Source: a virus. From it: a DNA stretch of 64,000 nt. The DNA lies in IMG/VR virus record IMGVR_UViG_3300016665_000824, positions 70,297-134,296 of that record; one strand, given 5' to 3'. Below, piece after piece: positions 28,332 to 37,183 of this stretch (positions are counted from its first letter, which is position 1; the number at the start of each line of letters is the position of its first letter). The notes beneath the pieces were generated by a model. That model had not been told where the DNA came from. It worked only from the letters and a program-made list of their open reading frames with translations, and made no database searches. A program made the position numbers and the translations under genes.

Positions 28332-29276
28332 ATGAGTAAAACCGTAGCCACGATGTATTCTGGCTTTGGCGGAGTTGATCAGGGTTTCGTTTTGGCAGGG
28401 TATACGCCAGTCTTTGCGATCGATAACAATCCTGATGCAGTAGCGGTTTATATCGAGAATTTTGGCAACCACTGTCTAGAGAAGGACGTTTGTGAGTTTG
28501 ATTATTCAAGAGTTAAAGCAGATCACCTCCATGCTTCTCCAAGCTGCAAAGAGTTTAGTAGCGCCAATCACCGTAGTAGCGAAACCGATCTCGATATTCG
28601 ATGCGCCCAAGCTACGGTTAAGGCGATCGCACAGATAAACCCTCAAACATTTTCCCTCGAAAATGTAAAGCAGTACGCTAAGTCTAAGTCTTTTGATTTG
28701 ATTAGGCGATCGCTACGAGAAATGGGCTACGCCTGCAACGTAACCGTAGTCAACGCGAAGGATTTCGGTGTATCCCAATCACGAGAAAGGCTAATTCTTC
28801 GAGCATGGGTTAAATCCCGCAAACGCCCTAGACCTTTGGCGTTGTACAAACAGTGTTTAACAATGGGGTGGCATGACGCGATCGCCGATTTAATCCCCAC
28901 TCTCAAACCACAACCATTGAATAATTGGCAGCTAGCCTCTCTTGAGGAGCAGGGTATAGACCCCACCAACCTAACTGCACTGGTTAGCAAAGATGGGTCT
29001 CGCAAGAAAAAAGGCTTTAAAAATACTTTTGCCTTGGTAATCCCCTCGTCCAAGCCTTGCCCAACCCTCAAGGCAATGGGGCATAATCAGCACTGTCAGC
29101 AGTATTCGATTGTGGTTAACGGTGTTGGTTATCGGATTTCTACCGAGGCGATCGCGAGACTAATGAGCTTTCCCGACTCATTCAAATTCTCAGGAGTGAA
29201 TTATAAAGACTGTATGGGTTTAGGTAATGCAGTACCGCCATTATTGGTAAGAGCGATCGCGGAAAGTTTTGCTTAA
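28332..29276 (+). CDS. DNA (cytosine-5)-methyltransferase
   Basis: Motif I YSGFGG, motif IV PSCKEFS (Pro-Cys catalytic dipeptide), ENV, QSRER, GNAV; start at ATG 28332. Confidence 0.8.
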   Translation: MSKTVATMYSGFGGVDQGFVLAGYTPVFAIDNNPDAVAVYIENFGNHCLEKDVCEFDYSRVKADHLHASPSCKEFSSANHRSSETDLDIRCAQATVKAIAQINPQTFSLENVKQYAKSKSFDLIRRSLREMGYACNVTVVNAKDFGVSQSRERLILRAWVKSRKRPRPLALYKQCLTMGWHDAIADLIPTLKPQPLNNWQLASLEEQGIDPTNLTALVSKDGSRKKKGFKNTFALVIPSSKPCPTLKAMGHNQHCQQYSIVVNGVGYRISTEAIARLMSFPDSFKFSGVNYKDCMGLGNAVPPLLVRAIAESFA

Positions 29277-29309
29277 AAATCCATAAAACTACCACAAAAT
29301 CGAGTTATC

Positions 29310-29579
29310 ATGAAGGAATCTGATTTAGACAATGCGATCACGCAGGCAGAACAGTTTTTAATTCTCGCAAAAGAGCTAAAAGCTGGCTTTCAAGCTCAGA
29401 AGAAGGTGATCGCCGAGGCAGAAGCCGAGGTGATTCGCGAAAATCTATCTGAGACATACGCGGAAAATAAAATCTTTTTCGCCCGTTACAACAACAAGAT
29501 GGAGGGAACGAGACTAATGGGTGCAGTAAAGCATTCCTGTGTTACCCTCTCCCTCTTTTTAGCAAAGCTGAGGAAATAA
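29310..29579 (+). CDS. hypothetical protein
   Basis: 89-aa ORF. Confidence 0.35.
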   Translation: MKESDLDNAITQAEQFLILAKELKAGFQAQKKVIAEAEAEVIRENLSETYAENKIFFARYNNKMEGTRLMGAVKHSCVTLSLFLAKLRK

Positions 29580-29821
29580 TGACCCAGTATATACAGACCG
29601 AATTCTGCCTTGATTTAAGGCAAGGTGATACCGAATCACTGCCTACATGGATGAAAAGCGTAGGCGATCGCCCACCGATTCTCCCTTTAAAACCACTCTC
29701 AATTCAATTGCCACTATTCGATACAACACCCTATGCCTCAACCCAAGCTCCTGCTAAAACCAAAACCGCCAGAGGCGATCGCTATAAGCAAGTTGCTATT
29801 TCGACCCCGCAACACCTCTAG
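29579..29821 (+). CDS. hypothetical protein
   Basis: 80-aa ORF coupled to previous (stop/start overlap). Confidence 0.3.
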   Translation: MTQYIQTEFCLDLRQGDTESLPTWMKSVGDRPPILPLKPLSIQLPLFDTTPYASTQAPAKTKTARGDRYKQVAISTPQHL

Positions 29822-30179
29822 CCCCAACCAGTCCCGCAGATTGATGTCTGATGGTCTGGTTGCTCACTATCCCGTACACGCCGAAGCAAGCTTGGTAATT
29901 ACTGAATATACCTCCGAGATACTTCAGGAGCACCAGTCTTGCTTGGGTAAGGGTATTGATCACTTCGCGATCGCTATCTACTGGGGTAACAAAATCCGTA
30001 TTGAGGCTAAACCCCTTGAGTGATTGCGCTGGCTACAGGATTCTAATTGGCGTACTGCTTTTTGGAAAGAGTTAGGCGATCGGGCGGAGAGCTATAACCC
30101 CACCACCCATCTCAATATCGGGTACATCTCTGGAGATGGGTTGGGATGCACAAAATTACAGGCGATTTTGGAGGTGTGA

Positions 30180-30686
30180 TTGATACTTGTAGACAGGCAA
30201 ATAAGAAGGTTGTGCGAACAAGGAATGGTAACACCTTTCGACCCATCCCTTCTCAACTCTCACTCTATCGATGTCCGAATAGGCGATCGCGCCAAGATTG
30301 AAGACGGAGAAGATCTTAAGGATATTCACTTGGATTGGTACGACAAGGAGAACCCCTACAAGGTTAGACCCAACCAGTTCTTCCTATCCTGTACCCTAGA
30401 ACTTGTTGACATCCCCCCTAATATCGCGGCAGAGTTTCGACTCAAATCTACCAGAGCGAGAGAAGGTTGGGTTCATGCTCTGGCGGTATGGATAGATGGT
30501 GGGTTTAACGGCTCTATTACTCTTGAGTTGGGCAATGCTCGTCAACACAAAAGCCTACCCATATACACGGGTATGAAAATTGGTCAGTTGATATTTCACG
30601 AAACTGAGACCCCTGACGTTAGCTACGCAGAAGTCGGGAGGTATAACGGCTATACCACGGTGCAGGAGGCTAAGCCAGATGCCTAG
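30180..30686 (+). CDS. dcd: dCTP deaminase family protein (dUTPase superfamily)
   Basis: N-terminal LVDRQIRRL...VTPFDPSLLNSHSIDVRIG resembles Dcd; TTG start 6 nt after GGAGGT. Confidence 0.65.
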   Translation: MILVDRQIRRLCEQGMVTPFDPSLLNSHSIDVRIGDRAKIEDGEDLKDIHLDWYDKENPYKVRPNQFFLSCTLELVDIPPNIAAEFRLKSTRAREGWVHALAVWIDGGFNGSITLELGNARQHKSLPIYTGMKIGQLIFHETETPDVSYAEVGRYNGYTTVQEAKPDA

Positions 30687-31071
30687 ACGTAAAAACTACT
30701 CTGTTCCAGAACCACCACCGATCGCAACCGATGAACCCGCAATCATCGACCTAGCAATCGAGGATATTGAAACCTATGGTGGTGAATTTAAGATACTTAT
30801 TCCCCACCTGCGCGATCGCCTAGCTATGGGCATAGCTAAACATGGTACTCCCCTCCAGAAATCCAACGGGCGAAACCATAGGGTCGATGGATTTCAAGAG
30901 CTTGAAGACTTTATTGCTTACATGAAGCAAGGTCTTGAGCGAGGGGATGAGGAGATGAGGTGGTTTTATTATCAAGGGCTTATCCTTGCCACCGATTTCG
31001 CCAAGCTCCTAGAGGGCAAGCAATTTAACTACAACGTCAAGAAGAAAACCGTACTAAGACCAAACGAATAG
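30679..31071 (+). CDS. hypothetical protein
   Basis: 130-aa ORF. Confidence 0.4.
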   Translation: MPRRKNYSVPEPPPIATDEPAIIDLAIEDIETYGGEFKILIPHLRDRLAMGIAKHGTPLQKSNGRNHRVDGFQELEDFIAYMKQGLERGDEEMRWFYYQGLILATDFAKLLEGKQFNYNVKKKTVLRPNE

Positions 31072-31077
31072 GAGCCA

Positions 31078-31410
31078 GTGATGACCACAAAGAAGACAAT
31101 CCCGCAAGAGCCAAAGATTGATTTTGCCTTAATTGCAGAGGCGATCGCCTTTAAAACCCACGATGCTATACGAAGCGCCTTGAGATCTACCGATTCTCTA
31201 TATGTGGAGAAGGCTTCCGAGGTAGCGATCGGGGACTTGGTGGCAAATATTTCCGATCTAACCGTGGGTGCTAGCTGTCTAGATAGCGTCGGCACGGTAC
31301 TGGAGATTCGGGATGGCGAAATCGAAGTTCGCCGCATAGATGGAGTTACTTGGTGTGTGCTCCCTGCGATCGGTACTTATGTTGCGGCAAAAGGGGTTAG
31401 TAATGGTTGA
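31078..31410 (+). CDS. hypothetical protein
   Basis: 110-aa ORF. Confidence 0.4.
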   Translation: MMTTKKTIPQEPKIDFALIAEAIAFKTHDAIRSALRSTDSLYVEKASEVAIGDLVANISDLTVGASCLDSVGTVLEIRDGEIEVRRIDGVTWCVLPAIGTYVAAKGVSNG

Positions 31411-31615
31411 TTTTTTTGGCGTAGCGATCGGTAAATACTATCGCAATATTAAAACTGGAGACATATACCAAGTAGTTCTTCTTTCATTTTCATCTGAGTT
31501 GGGTACGGAACTTCTAGTTAGCTATAAGAAACAAGGAGACGCGCTTCCTTGGACTCGTCCCTTAGCTCTTTTTATTATTAAATTTGAGGAGGTCGGAAGT
31601 AATGTTCCAGCCTAA
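31403..31615 (+). CDS. DUF1653-like small protein
   Basis: GKYYRNIKTGDIYQVV ... LPWTRPLALF resembles the DUF1653 pattern; start at ATG 31403. Confidence 0.35.
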   Translation: MVDFFGVAIGKYYRNIKTGDIYQVVLLSFSSELGTELLVSYKKQGDALPWTRPLALFIIKFEEVGSNVPA

Positions 31616-32456
31616 AGTAACGATTATTGCCGACAGCGTAAATCCGTGGGGGACGAGGCTGACCTCCTTTGCTCTTACCTATCCACGGTTTATACATGCA
31701 GAAATGTTGCGGCACAGAGTCTTTTCTCGCTGTGTATCAAGTTCACGGGCTATTCCGATCGCCAAGATGATCAAAGCTGTCGAAGAAGCCGATCTGTATC
31801 CAGTCTTTTGGGGTGCAGCGCAAAAAGGCATGGCGGCTGACCACGAAATTAAAGAGGAAGATAAATGGTACGCGATCGCTATATGGGACGAACACAGAAA
31901 AGCGACCATAGAAGCGGTCAAAAAGCTCTCCGACTTGGAACTGCACAAGCAAATTCCGAATAGACTGCTAGAACCATTTGCGCCAGTAACCGAACTGGTC
32001 ACGGCAACTGAATATCAAAATTTCTTTGAGCTGCGAGATCACCCTGCGGCTCAGCCAGAAATTCAGGCGATCGCCAAGCTAATGCGTAAAGCATATACGG
32101 AAGGCAAACCCAAAGAGTGCGAGCTAGGTCAATGGCACATCCCGTTCATAGACCCAGAGAAAGACAAGGATTTAGATCCTGAAATTGTACTTAAGGTTGC
32201 GGTCGGTCGGTGCGCCAGAGTGAGCTATCTAACTCATGACGGCATTCGAGATCCACAGGAGGATGTCAGATTGTGCGATCGCCTATGGAATAGCAAGCCA
32301 AAGCACCTGTCTCCGTTTGAACACGTAGCAAGGGTCGCTCCTTGGAAAACCAAGAACGATAACTTTGATGAATGGGCTAGCCTACGCCATGAGCTAAAGG
32401 TTGGCGCATTAATTTATGAGAATGGAAAAATCAAGGAGGGTCGTCGTGCTAAATAA
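31602..32456 (+). CDS. thyX: FAD-dependent thymidylate synthase ThyX
   Basis: ThyX signature RHRxxSxxxxSxR present (LRHRVFSRCVSSSRAIP); GAGGAGG upstream of ATG 31602. Confidence 0.85.
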   Translation: MFQPKVTIIADSVNPWGTRLTSFALTYPRFIHAEMLRHRVFSRCVSSSRAIPIAKMIKAVEEADLYPVFWGAAQKGMAADHEIKEEDKWYAIAIWDEHRKATIEAVKKLSDLELHKQIPNRLLEPFAPVTELVTATEYQNFFELRDHPAAQPEIQAIAKLMRKAYTEGKPKECELGQWHIPFIDPEKDKDLDPEIVLKVAVGRCARVSYLTHDGIRDPQEDVRLCDRLWNSKPKHLSPFEHVARVAPWKTKNDNFDEWASLRHELKVGALIYENGKIKEGRRAK

Positions 32457-32895
32457 CGAACAGATTGAAGCGATCGCCGAATCTCTTTATTGTAAAACCA
32501 GTGACGGTTTTTGGGAAGACTCACCTCCCGAAAAGAAACAATCAGTCAAGGAGGGAATAGCTTTTATCGCAAACAGAGCGATCGCTATCCAATCAGAGCA
32601 AGACCGCCGCAGCTTCATCGCCGTCGGGAAGTATATCGGCGTTACATTCACCTCTGAGACCGACGTGGTTTCCGCAGTCTACGACAAGCTCGACGAAATC
32701 ATGACGGTGTTTAGAGAGCATAGTCAAGAGATTGCGATCGCGCAGCAAATTAAAACCTTGAACAATCTACTGGAGAAATATGTCAAGCAACAGGAAGCCT
32801 CGCCTATTTGTACAGGGGCAGTGGGTGAAGAAACGGGAAGATCCTTTTGTGCTGGAGAAGAGTGCGTCGGAGGCTCTGAGGATTCAAACCTCTAG
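32416..32895 (+). CDS. hypothetical protein
   Basis: 159-aa ORF; 3' portion overlaps next ORF. Confidence 0.3.
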   Translation: MRMEKSRRVVVLNNEQIEAIAESLYCKTSDGFWEDSPPEKKQSVKEGIAFIANRAIAIQSEQDRRSFIAVGKYIGVTFTSETDVVSAVYDKLDEIMTVFREHSQEIAIAQQIKTLNNLLEKYVKQQEASPICTGAVGEETGRSFCAGEECVGGSEDSNL

Positions 32896-33100
32896 GAGAG
32901 GTGAATCCAACTACGGCGTTGTTATTTCGTCAACAGAAAACAACAAAATTAACACAAAACTACGGATTTTATTTTACCCTCAAGGTAAGATAGAGGAGGT
33001 TGCAAAGAGTCGGCTAGACTTTGCGATCGCCCCTACTGATATCAATAGCGCTAGCCATAAATTTTTGGATACTTACAATGAACGAATTAGAACTGCTTAA
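32780..33100 (+). CDS. hypothetical protein
   Basis: 106-aa ORF, overlapping neighbours; true boundaries uncertain. Confidence 0.3.
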   Translation: MSSNRKPRLFVQGQWVKKREDPFVLEKSASEALRIQTSRRGESNYGVVISSTENNKINTKLRILFYPQGKIEEVAKSRLDFAIAPTDINSASHKFLDTYNERIRTA

Positions 33101-33515
33101 CCAAAAGGTCGCAGAAAAAGCTGGCTGGATTGACATTCACGAATGGAGTCCTAACCCTAAATACCCGCGTCCGCGAAAATCTTACAAAGGAACAAACCCT
33201 GCCCATCCTGAACTAGGGGCTTTTATCCCAAACTATGTCGAGGACTTGACCGCGATCGCAAAGGTATTCACCTCCCTAGGTATTGAATGGACTCTCTCCA
33301 GCATTGGACACGCAAACACCGTAGACCCAGAAGAGATAATAACTTCTGGACTGTGTGACAGTCCCGCGATCGCACTTTGCCAACTCCTAATAAACATTGA
33401 TCCCGAACCGATAAAACCCAAAGTCGAATGCGAAAAGTGTAAGACTGCTCCTAGAGACTTTCAGGCAGAAGCAGCGAAAAACAATTCTGGAGTTATCGAG
33501 GTGAGTTTTGGATGA
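33078..33515 (+). CDS. hypothetical protein
   Basis: ORF 33021..33515; start moved to ATG 33078 (MNELELLNQ...). Confidence 0.4.
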   Translation: MNELELLNQKVAEKAGWIDIHEWSPNPKYPRPRKSYKGTNPAHPELGAFIPNYVEDLTAIAKVFTSLGIEWTLSSIGHANTVDPEEIITSGLCDSPAIALCQLLINIDPEPIKPKVECEKCKTAPRDFQAEAAKNNSGVIEVSFG

Positions 33516-33769
33516 TGACTGTCGAGTATTCCATGCCCTGTCCACATTGCGGCGAACCTGCAACCCATAAGATTGGATTCACAAAGAAGACTGGTTATCG
33601 AAGATTCAGGTGTCCTACATGTGGCAAAAACTTTAGTAACTCTCCCCATCCCAAGGGTAGCCGCCCTCACGGAGAGGAGCCTAAGCCTAAGTCTGTAATT
33701 GCAATGCGATCGCGTCAAAAGAAAAAACAAGAAGCTCTGCTCGCAAAAGAAAATCATGAAATTAGCTAG
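33512..33769 (+). CDS. C4 zinc-ribbon protein
   Basis: CPHCGEPATH ... CPTCGKNF followed by basic tail. Confidence 0.4.
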   Translation: MMTVEYSMPCPHCGEPATHKIGFTKKTGYRRFRCPTCGKNFSNSPHPKGSRPHGEEPKPKSVIAMRSRQKKKQEALLAKENHEIS

Positions 33770-34043
33770 ACTACAAAAAATATTCGAGGAATTACAGACG
33801 GCTCAAAAGGAGGAGTGCGGGTTTGGGGATACCACTCCTTACTCACTCCTGATTGAGCGGATGCTTCAAGACGAAGATTCTGATTTCTGCCTAATGATTG
33901 TCGAGAGAGCGATCAACATCGGAAGAAAGAAAGAAGGGATCTTTGATCGCCAAAACCCTGAACCTGTTGTGCCAGTGATTGCTCCTGTTAAGAGAGGGCG
34001 GAAGCCCAAGGCTCAAGCAATATATGGAGCGACGGATGGCTAA
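33756..34043 (+). CDS. hypothetical protein
   Basis: ORF 33699..34043; start at ATG 33756. Confidence 0.35.
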   Translation: MKLARLQKIFEELQTAQKEECGFGDTTPYSLLIERMLQDEDSDFCLMIVERAINIGRKKEGIFDRQNPEPVVPVIAPVKRGRKPKAQAIYGATDG

Positions 34044-34503
34044 GCGATCGCAACCTCAACCACTTCTATCCGACGAAGAATTAAGGGACTATGCGATCGC
34101 CAAGTATATCGGGAACTTGCTTAAAGCGGAGAACGAGTCAATTGTTTTTCGCTTGCAAGGCTCGGTAGTACCCAAAGCACGACCAAGAGTGACTAAAACT
34201 GGTCAGGCATATATACCCCCGAACTATCGAGCATGGAAAGAAGAGGCGATCGCGTGTTTGAGAGGGATTAAGTTTCTCTACCCGCAGCACACTTTCCCGC
34301 TCGAACAAGCTAACGCCATGTTCACCCTTGACGGCAAGCATAGCCGAGGCAGTGACGGAGACAATATTTCTGGGGCATTAAATGATGCTCTAGTACAGGC
34401 AGGGATAATGAAGGAAGACAATCTACTCCATATTCCTGAGCAGGCGGTTATTTTGAATTATGACAAGACGCGATCGCCATCCACATTAATTGTTTTGTAC
34501 TAG
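34036..34503 (+). CDS. rusA: Holliday-junction resolvase RusA-like
   Basis: VPKARPRV ... DGDNISGALNDALVQAGIMKEDNLL resembles the RusA catalytic-core pattern (DxDN...K...D.L). Confidence 0.5.
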   Translation: MAKRSQPQPLLSDEELRDYAIAKYIGNLLKAENESIVFRLQGSVVPKARPRVTKTGQAYIPPNYRAWKEEAIACLRGIKFLYPQHTFPLEQANAMFTLDGKHSRGSDGDNISGALNDALVQAGIMKEDNLLHIPEQAVILNYDKTRSPSTLIVLY

Positions 34504-34507
34504 AACT

Positions 34508-34864
34508 ATGTCTATAAAAGTAAAAATCCTCCCAAAAGATGTTCTATGGCCACCCGAATTAGAGGGCTATGGTTTTGATGTTACTTCTGCCGACGTAGGT
34601 ATCTGTGGAAAGAATGCCTATTGCCGTCTTCGGCGCTCTAAAATGAAGGCTGTTGAAGCGCTGTTTAGGGCGATCAAAGGCCAACAGAATTGTTCCGCGA
34701 TATCAAGCGTGAATTTTGGCAGCTACTTTAGCGCTTCCTATAACGCGGACGGATCTATAACCTCAAGACCAAGAACAATGATGATCGATGGTGAGGAATA
34801 CCTTGAATCATACATAGAAATCAATTACAGCTATCCGATCGCGATCATTGATCCCGTCGATTAA
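34508..34864 (+). CDS. hypothetical protein
   Basis: ORF 34490..34864; start at ATG 34508. Confidence 0.35.
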   Translation: MSIKVKILPKDVLWPPELEGYGFDVTSADVGICGKNAYCRLRRSKMKAVEALFRAIKGQQNCSAISSVNFGSYFSASYNADGSITSRPRTMMIDGEEYLESYIEINYSYPIAIIDPVD

Positions 34865-34944
34865 CTGACGTATATTTGTGGTAGTATTATTTTATTAGGC
34901 GATCGCCACAAGAATCGCATTAAACTTTTATCAGGTGAATAAAT

Positions 34945-35301
34945 ATGAGTTATCCCCAAGACAGGGAGACTGCTAATGACTATCAAGAGTATGTCGTGAA
35001 GTATTCTAAGGGTTATGCTATCTATGGAACCGCAAATGCGTTGCCAGTCTATTCGCTCGGACTTGCTGGAGAAACTGGAGAAGTCTCAGAACTGTTGAAG
35101 CGGCATTTTAGAGGTGACGATGTTAGCCCTGAAGCCTTTAAGGAAAAACTAACGCTCGAACTGGGTGATGTAATTGCCTATGCAGCGCTAATTGCCCATT
35201 CTTTTGATATCCGCTTGGATGACGTGCTTCAGGCTAATCTGCACAAGGCGGCTAAACGAAACGCCGCAAATACTCAACTAGGATCGGGAAGCGATCGCTA
35301 A
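34945..35301 (+). CDS. MazG-like nucleotide pyrophosphohydrolase
   Basis: AGETGEVSELLKRH and ELGDVIAYAALIA motifs typical of the MazG/all-alpha NTP-PPase fold. Confidence 0.5.
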   Translation: MSYPQDRETANDYQEYVVKYSKGYAIYGTANALPVYSLGLAGETGEVSELLKRHFRGDDVSPEAFKEKLTLELGDVIAYAALIAHSFDIRLDDVLQANLHKAAKRNAANTQLGSGSDR

Positions 35302-35303
35302 CT

Positions 35304-35657
35304 ATGGCTACACAACTAGTCCACTATGAATATCTCTGTCACGGTAAGGCGTGGAAGATGCTCGCAGTAATTGGTGAACAGTTACTAAGCTACGATCAGC
35401 TATCAAGAAAGTACTTGGAGTTTGAGGGCGATTTCACTGGCGTTGTTACTACACCTGAAAAATGGGATATAGACACAACCTTGGAGGAGTTCACAAGGGC
35501 TGGAGCTATTTGTCAACGAAACACATTACTTGGAGTCAAATATTCACTCCCTCCTGAAGTCCTCGCCCTGAGCACTGACCCTCATTCTTACGAAGCTTGG
35601 GCGACCGTATTTAGCCGAGCCTCCTTTGACGACTGGAAGACGTTACCCAAAAACTAA
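35304..35657 (+). CDS. hypothetical protein
   Basis: 117-aa ORF. Confidence 0.4.
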   Translation: MATQLVHYEYLCHGKAWKMLAVIGEQLLSYDQLSRKYLEFEGDFTGVVTTPEKWDIDTTLEEFTRAGAICQRNTLLGVKYSLPPEVLALSTDPHSYEAWATVFSRASFDDWKTLPKN

Positions 35658-35663
35658 CTAACT

Positions 35664-36119
35664 ATGAACAAACTTATATTGTCGCCCCTGACGCTGTTGG
35701 AGGGGAGAGCATCTAACACTAAAGACTCTACCCGATTTGATGGCGTGGGGTCATTCCATGAAGCCTATGGCGATCGCGCAGTTCGCCAGATTCACATCCT
35801 TGCATTTGGCAAGACGGCTGAGCGATTGAAGGATATCGTGATCGGTAGCAAGCTGGAAACCTCTGGTGAATACCGTAGCGAGACAAGAGATCTTGGTAAT
35901 GGCAGAAAAGAATATCTGAATATATTCTTGATCAACAAAATCACTAGGGTTGGCAAACCATCTGAGGTTAGCGAAGCCATTGAAGTCGAACAAGAGGCGA
36001 TCGCGCCAGTAGTTGAGGCTAAGAAAGTGGCGCAGAAGACAAAGGTTGCTCCTGTTTATACACCACCCGCAGTAACAGACAGTACTGCCGACATAGATCT
36101 AGGGGACATCCCCTTTTAA
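35664..36119 (+). CDS. SSB-like protein (divergent OB-fold paralogue)
   Basis: Ends with the SSB-type C-terminal tail ...DLGDIPF; sits immediately upstream of canonical ssb. Confidence 0.4.
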   Translation: MNKLILSPLTLLEGRASNTKDSTRFDGVGSFHEAYGDRAVRQIHILAFGKTAERLKDIVIGSKLETSGEYRSETRDLGNGRKEYLNIFLINKITRVGKPSEVSEAIEVEQEAIAPVVEAKKVAQKTKVAPVYTPPAVTDSTADIDLGDIPF

Positions 36120-36133
36120 TTCAGGAGAATATA

Positions 36134-36496
36134 ATGATAAACGAAGCTATTTTTGTTGGCAGAGTAGGCAGAAATCCCGATATCAAATATTTTGAATCGG
36201 GCAAGTGTAACGCGACGTTATCGATCGCTGTTAATCGTAAAGGCAAAGACCTCCCTCCCGACTGGGTGAACCTTGTTGCATGGGAGAAGACCGCCGAAGT
36301 CTTTGCTCAGTACGTTCGTAAGGGCGACCTTATCGAGGTTGAAGCTAATCTAAAATTTGAGACATGGGAAGATCGCCAGACAGGGGAGCCTAGATCTAAA
36401 GCCGTGTTCCAAGTCGAGAGGTTAGGCTTGCTAGGTAAATCAAGAGGCAGTAGCCAGAATGATGCCGACTACGGAGACTATGACGACGACTTCTAG
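36134..36496 (+). CDS. ssb: single-stranded DNA-binding protein
   Basis: OB-fold N-terminus (AIFVGRVGRNPDIKYFESGK...), acidic tail ...DYGDYDDDF. Confidence 0.8.
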   Translation: MINEAIFVGRVGRNPDIKYFESGKCNATLSIAVNRKGKDLPPDWVNLVAWEKTAEVFAQYVRKGDLIEVEANLKFETWEDRQTGEPRSKAVFQVERLGLLGKSRGSSQNDADYGDYDDDF

Positions 36497-36677
36497 TCCA
36501 TGCGATCGCTGCCGACACAACAGCGATCGCTACTGCAAGATTCTTGATGTGGCGATCGCTGAATATCCTCCCTGCCAGTATTGGTATCACAAAGCCCCTC
36601 ATAGCAGGGGTATAGAATTACAACTAACAACAATTGAGGAGTTAATTAATGCACACAAAGCTAAAGCTCTCGCATGA
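36480..36677 (+). CDS. small Cys-rich protein
   Basis: ORF 36459..36677; CDRCRH...C...C pattern; overlaps ssb 3' end. Confidence 0.3.
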   Translation: MTTTSSPCDRCRHNSDRYCKILDVAIAEYPPCQYWYHKAPHSRGIELQLTTIEELINAHKAKALA

Positions 36678-36960
36678 TGAGATGGTGGTATTGGCGGCGA
36701 TCGCTGATCAGGAATTAATGTTCTCCGAAATAAAAGAAGAAATAGGCGAATCCTGTCAAGAGGTCTTTGGTGGCAGCAACCTAAATGGGATGGTTCTTCT
36801 TCAGGGATTGATTGACAAGGGACATGTACTAAGAACATCTCCATTCAGATCGTCTCTCTTCCGTCCCTACCCACACTATTACTATAAGATCGCACCAGAA
36901 ACCCTCTCGCTAAACCATCCGCCATATTCTTATGAAAGCTGGAGAAACTTAAGTGAGTAA
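36649..36960 (+). CDS. hypothetical protein
   Basis: 103-aa ORF. Confidence 0.35.
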   Translation: MHTKLKLSHDEMVVLAAIADQELMFSEIKEEIGESCQEVFGGSNLNGMVLLQGLIDKGHVLRTSPFRSSLFRPYPHYYYKIAPETLSLNHPPYSYESWRNLSE

Positions 36961-37183
36961 AAAGTCTGTCTACTGGCTAGATGAAGAATACTATCTTTAT
37001 GAACTGGAGGAGTGTGACTCTGACGAATATTTCGCCACTCTAGAAATAGACGAAGACTTTCTTCAAAAGTATCGTGACATCAAAAAGGAGTGTCTTGAGA
37101 TGCAAAACCAAATTTCAAGAATGATCTGCAAGCAACATCCGCAGGAATGCCCTATCGTGAATTACAAGCCCGAAGATGAATAA
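36953..37183 (+). CDS. hypothetical acidic protein
   Basis: 76-aa ORF. Confidence 0.35.
   Translation: MSKKSVYWLDEEYYLYELEECDSDEYFATLEIDEDFLQKYRDIKKECLEMQNQISRMICKQHPQECPIVNYKPEDE

Noticed and set aside
27697-28335. 212-aa ORF as a single gene
   Set aside because: Central portion has non-coding-like composition and is covered by a better-looking ORF in another frame; reported as a possible frameshift instead.
11601-29276. Restriction-modification systems
   Set aside because: Neither methyltransferase has a recognisable endonuclease partner adjacent; both treated as orphan MTases.
34508-34864. dUTPase assignment for protein starting MSIKVKILPKDV
   Set aside because: Only the first ~20 residues resemble Dut; the conserved dUTPase motifs are not identifiable.
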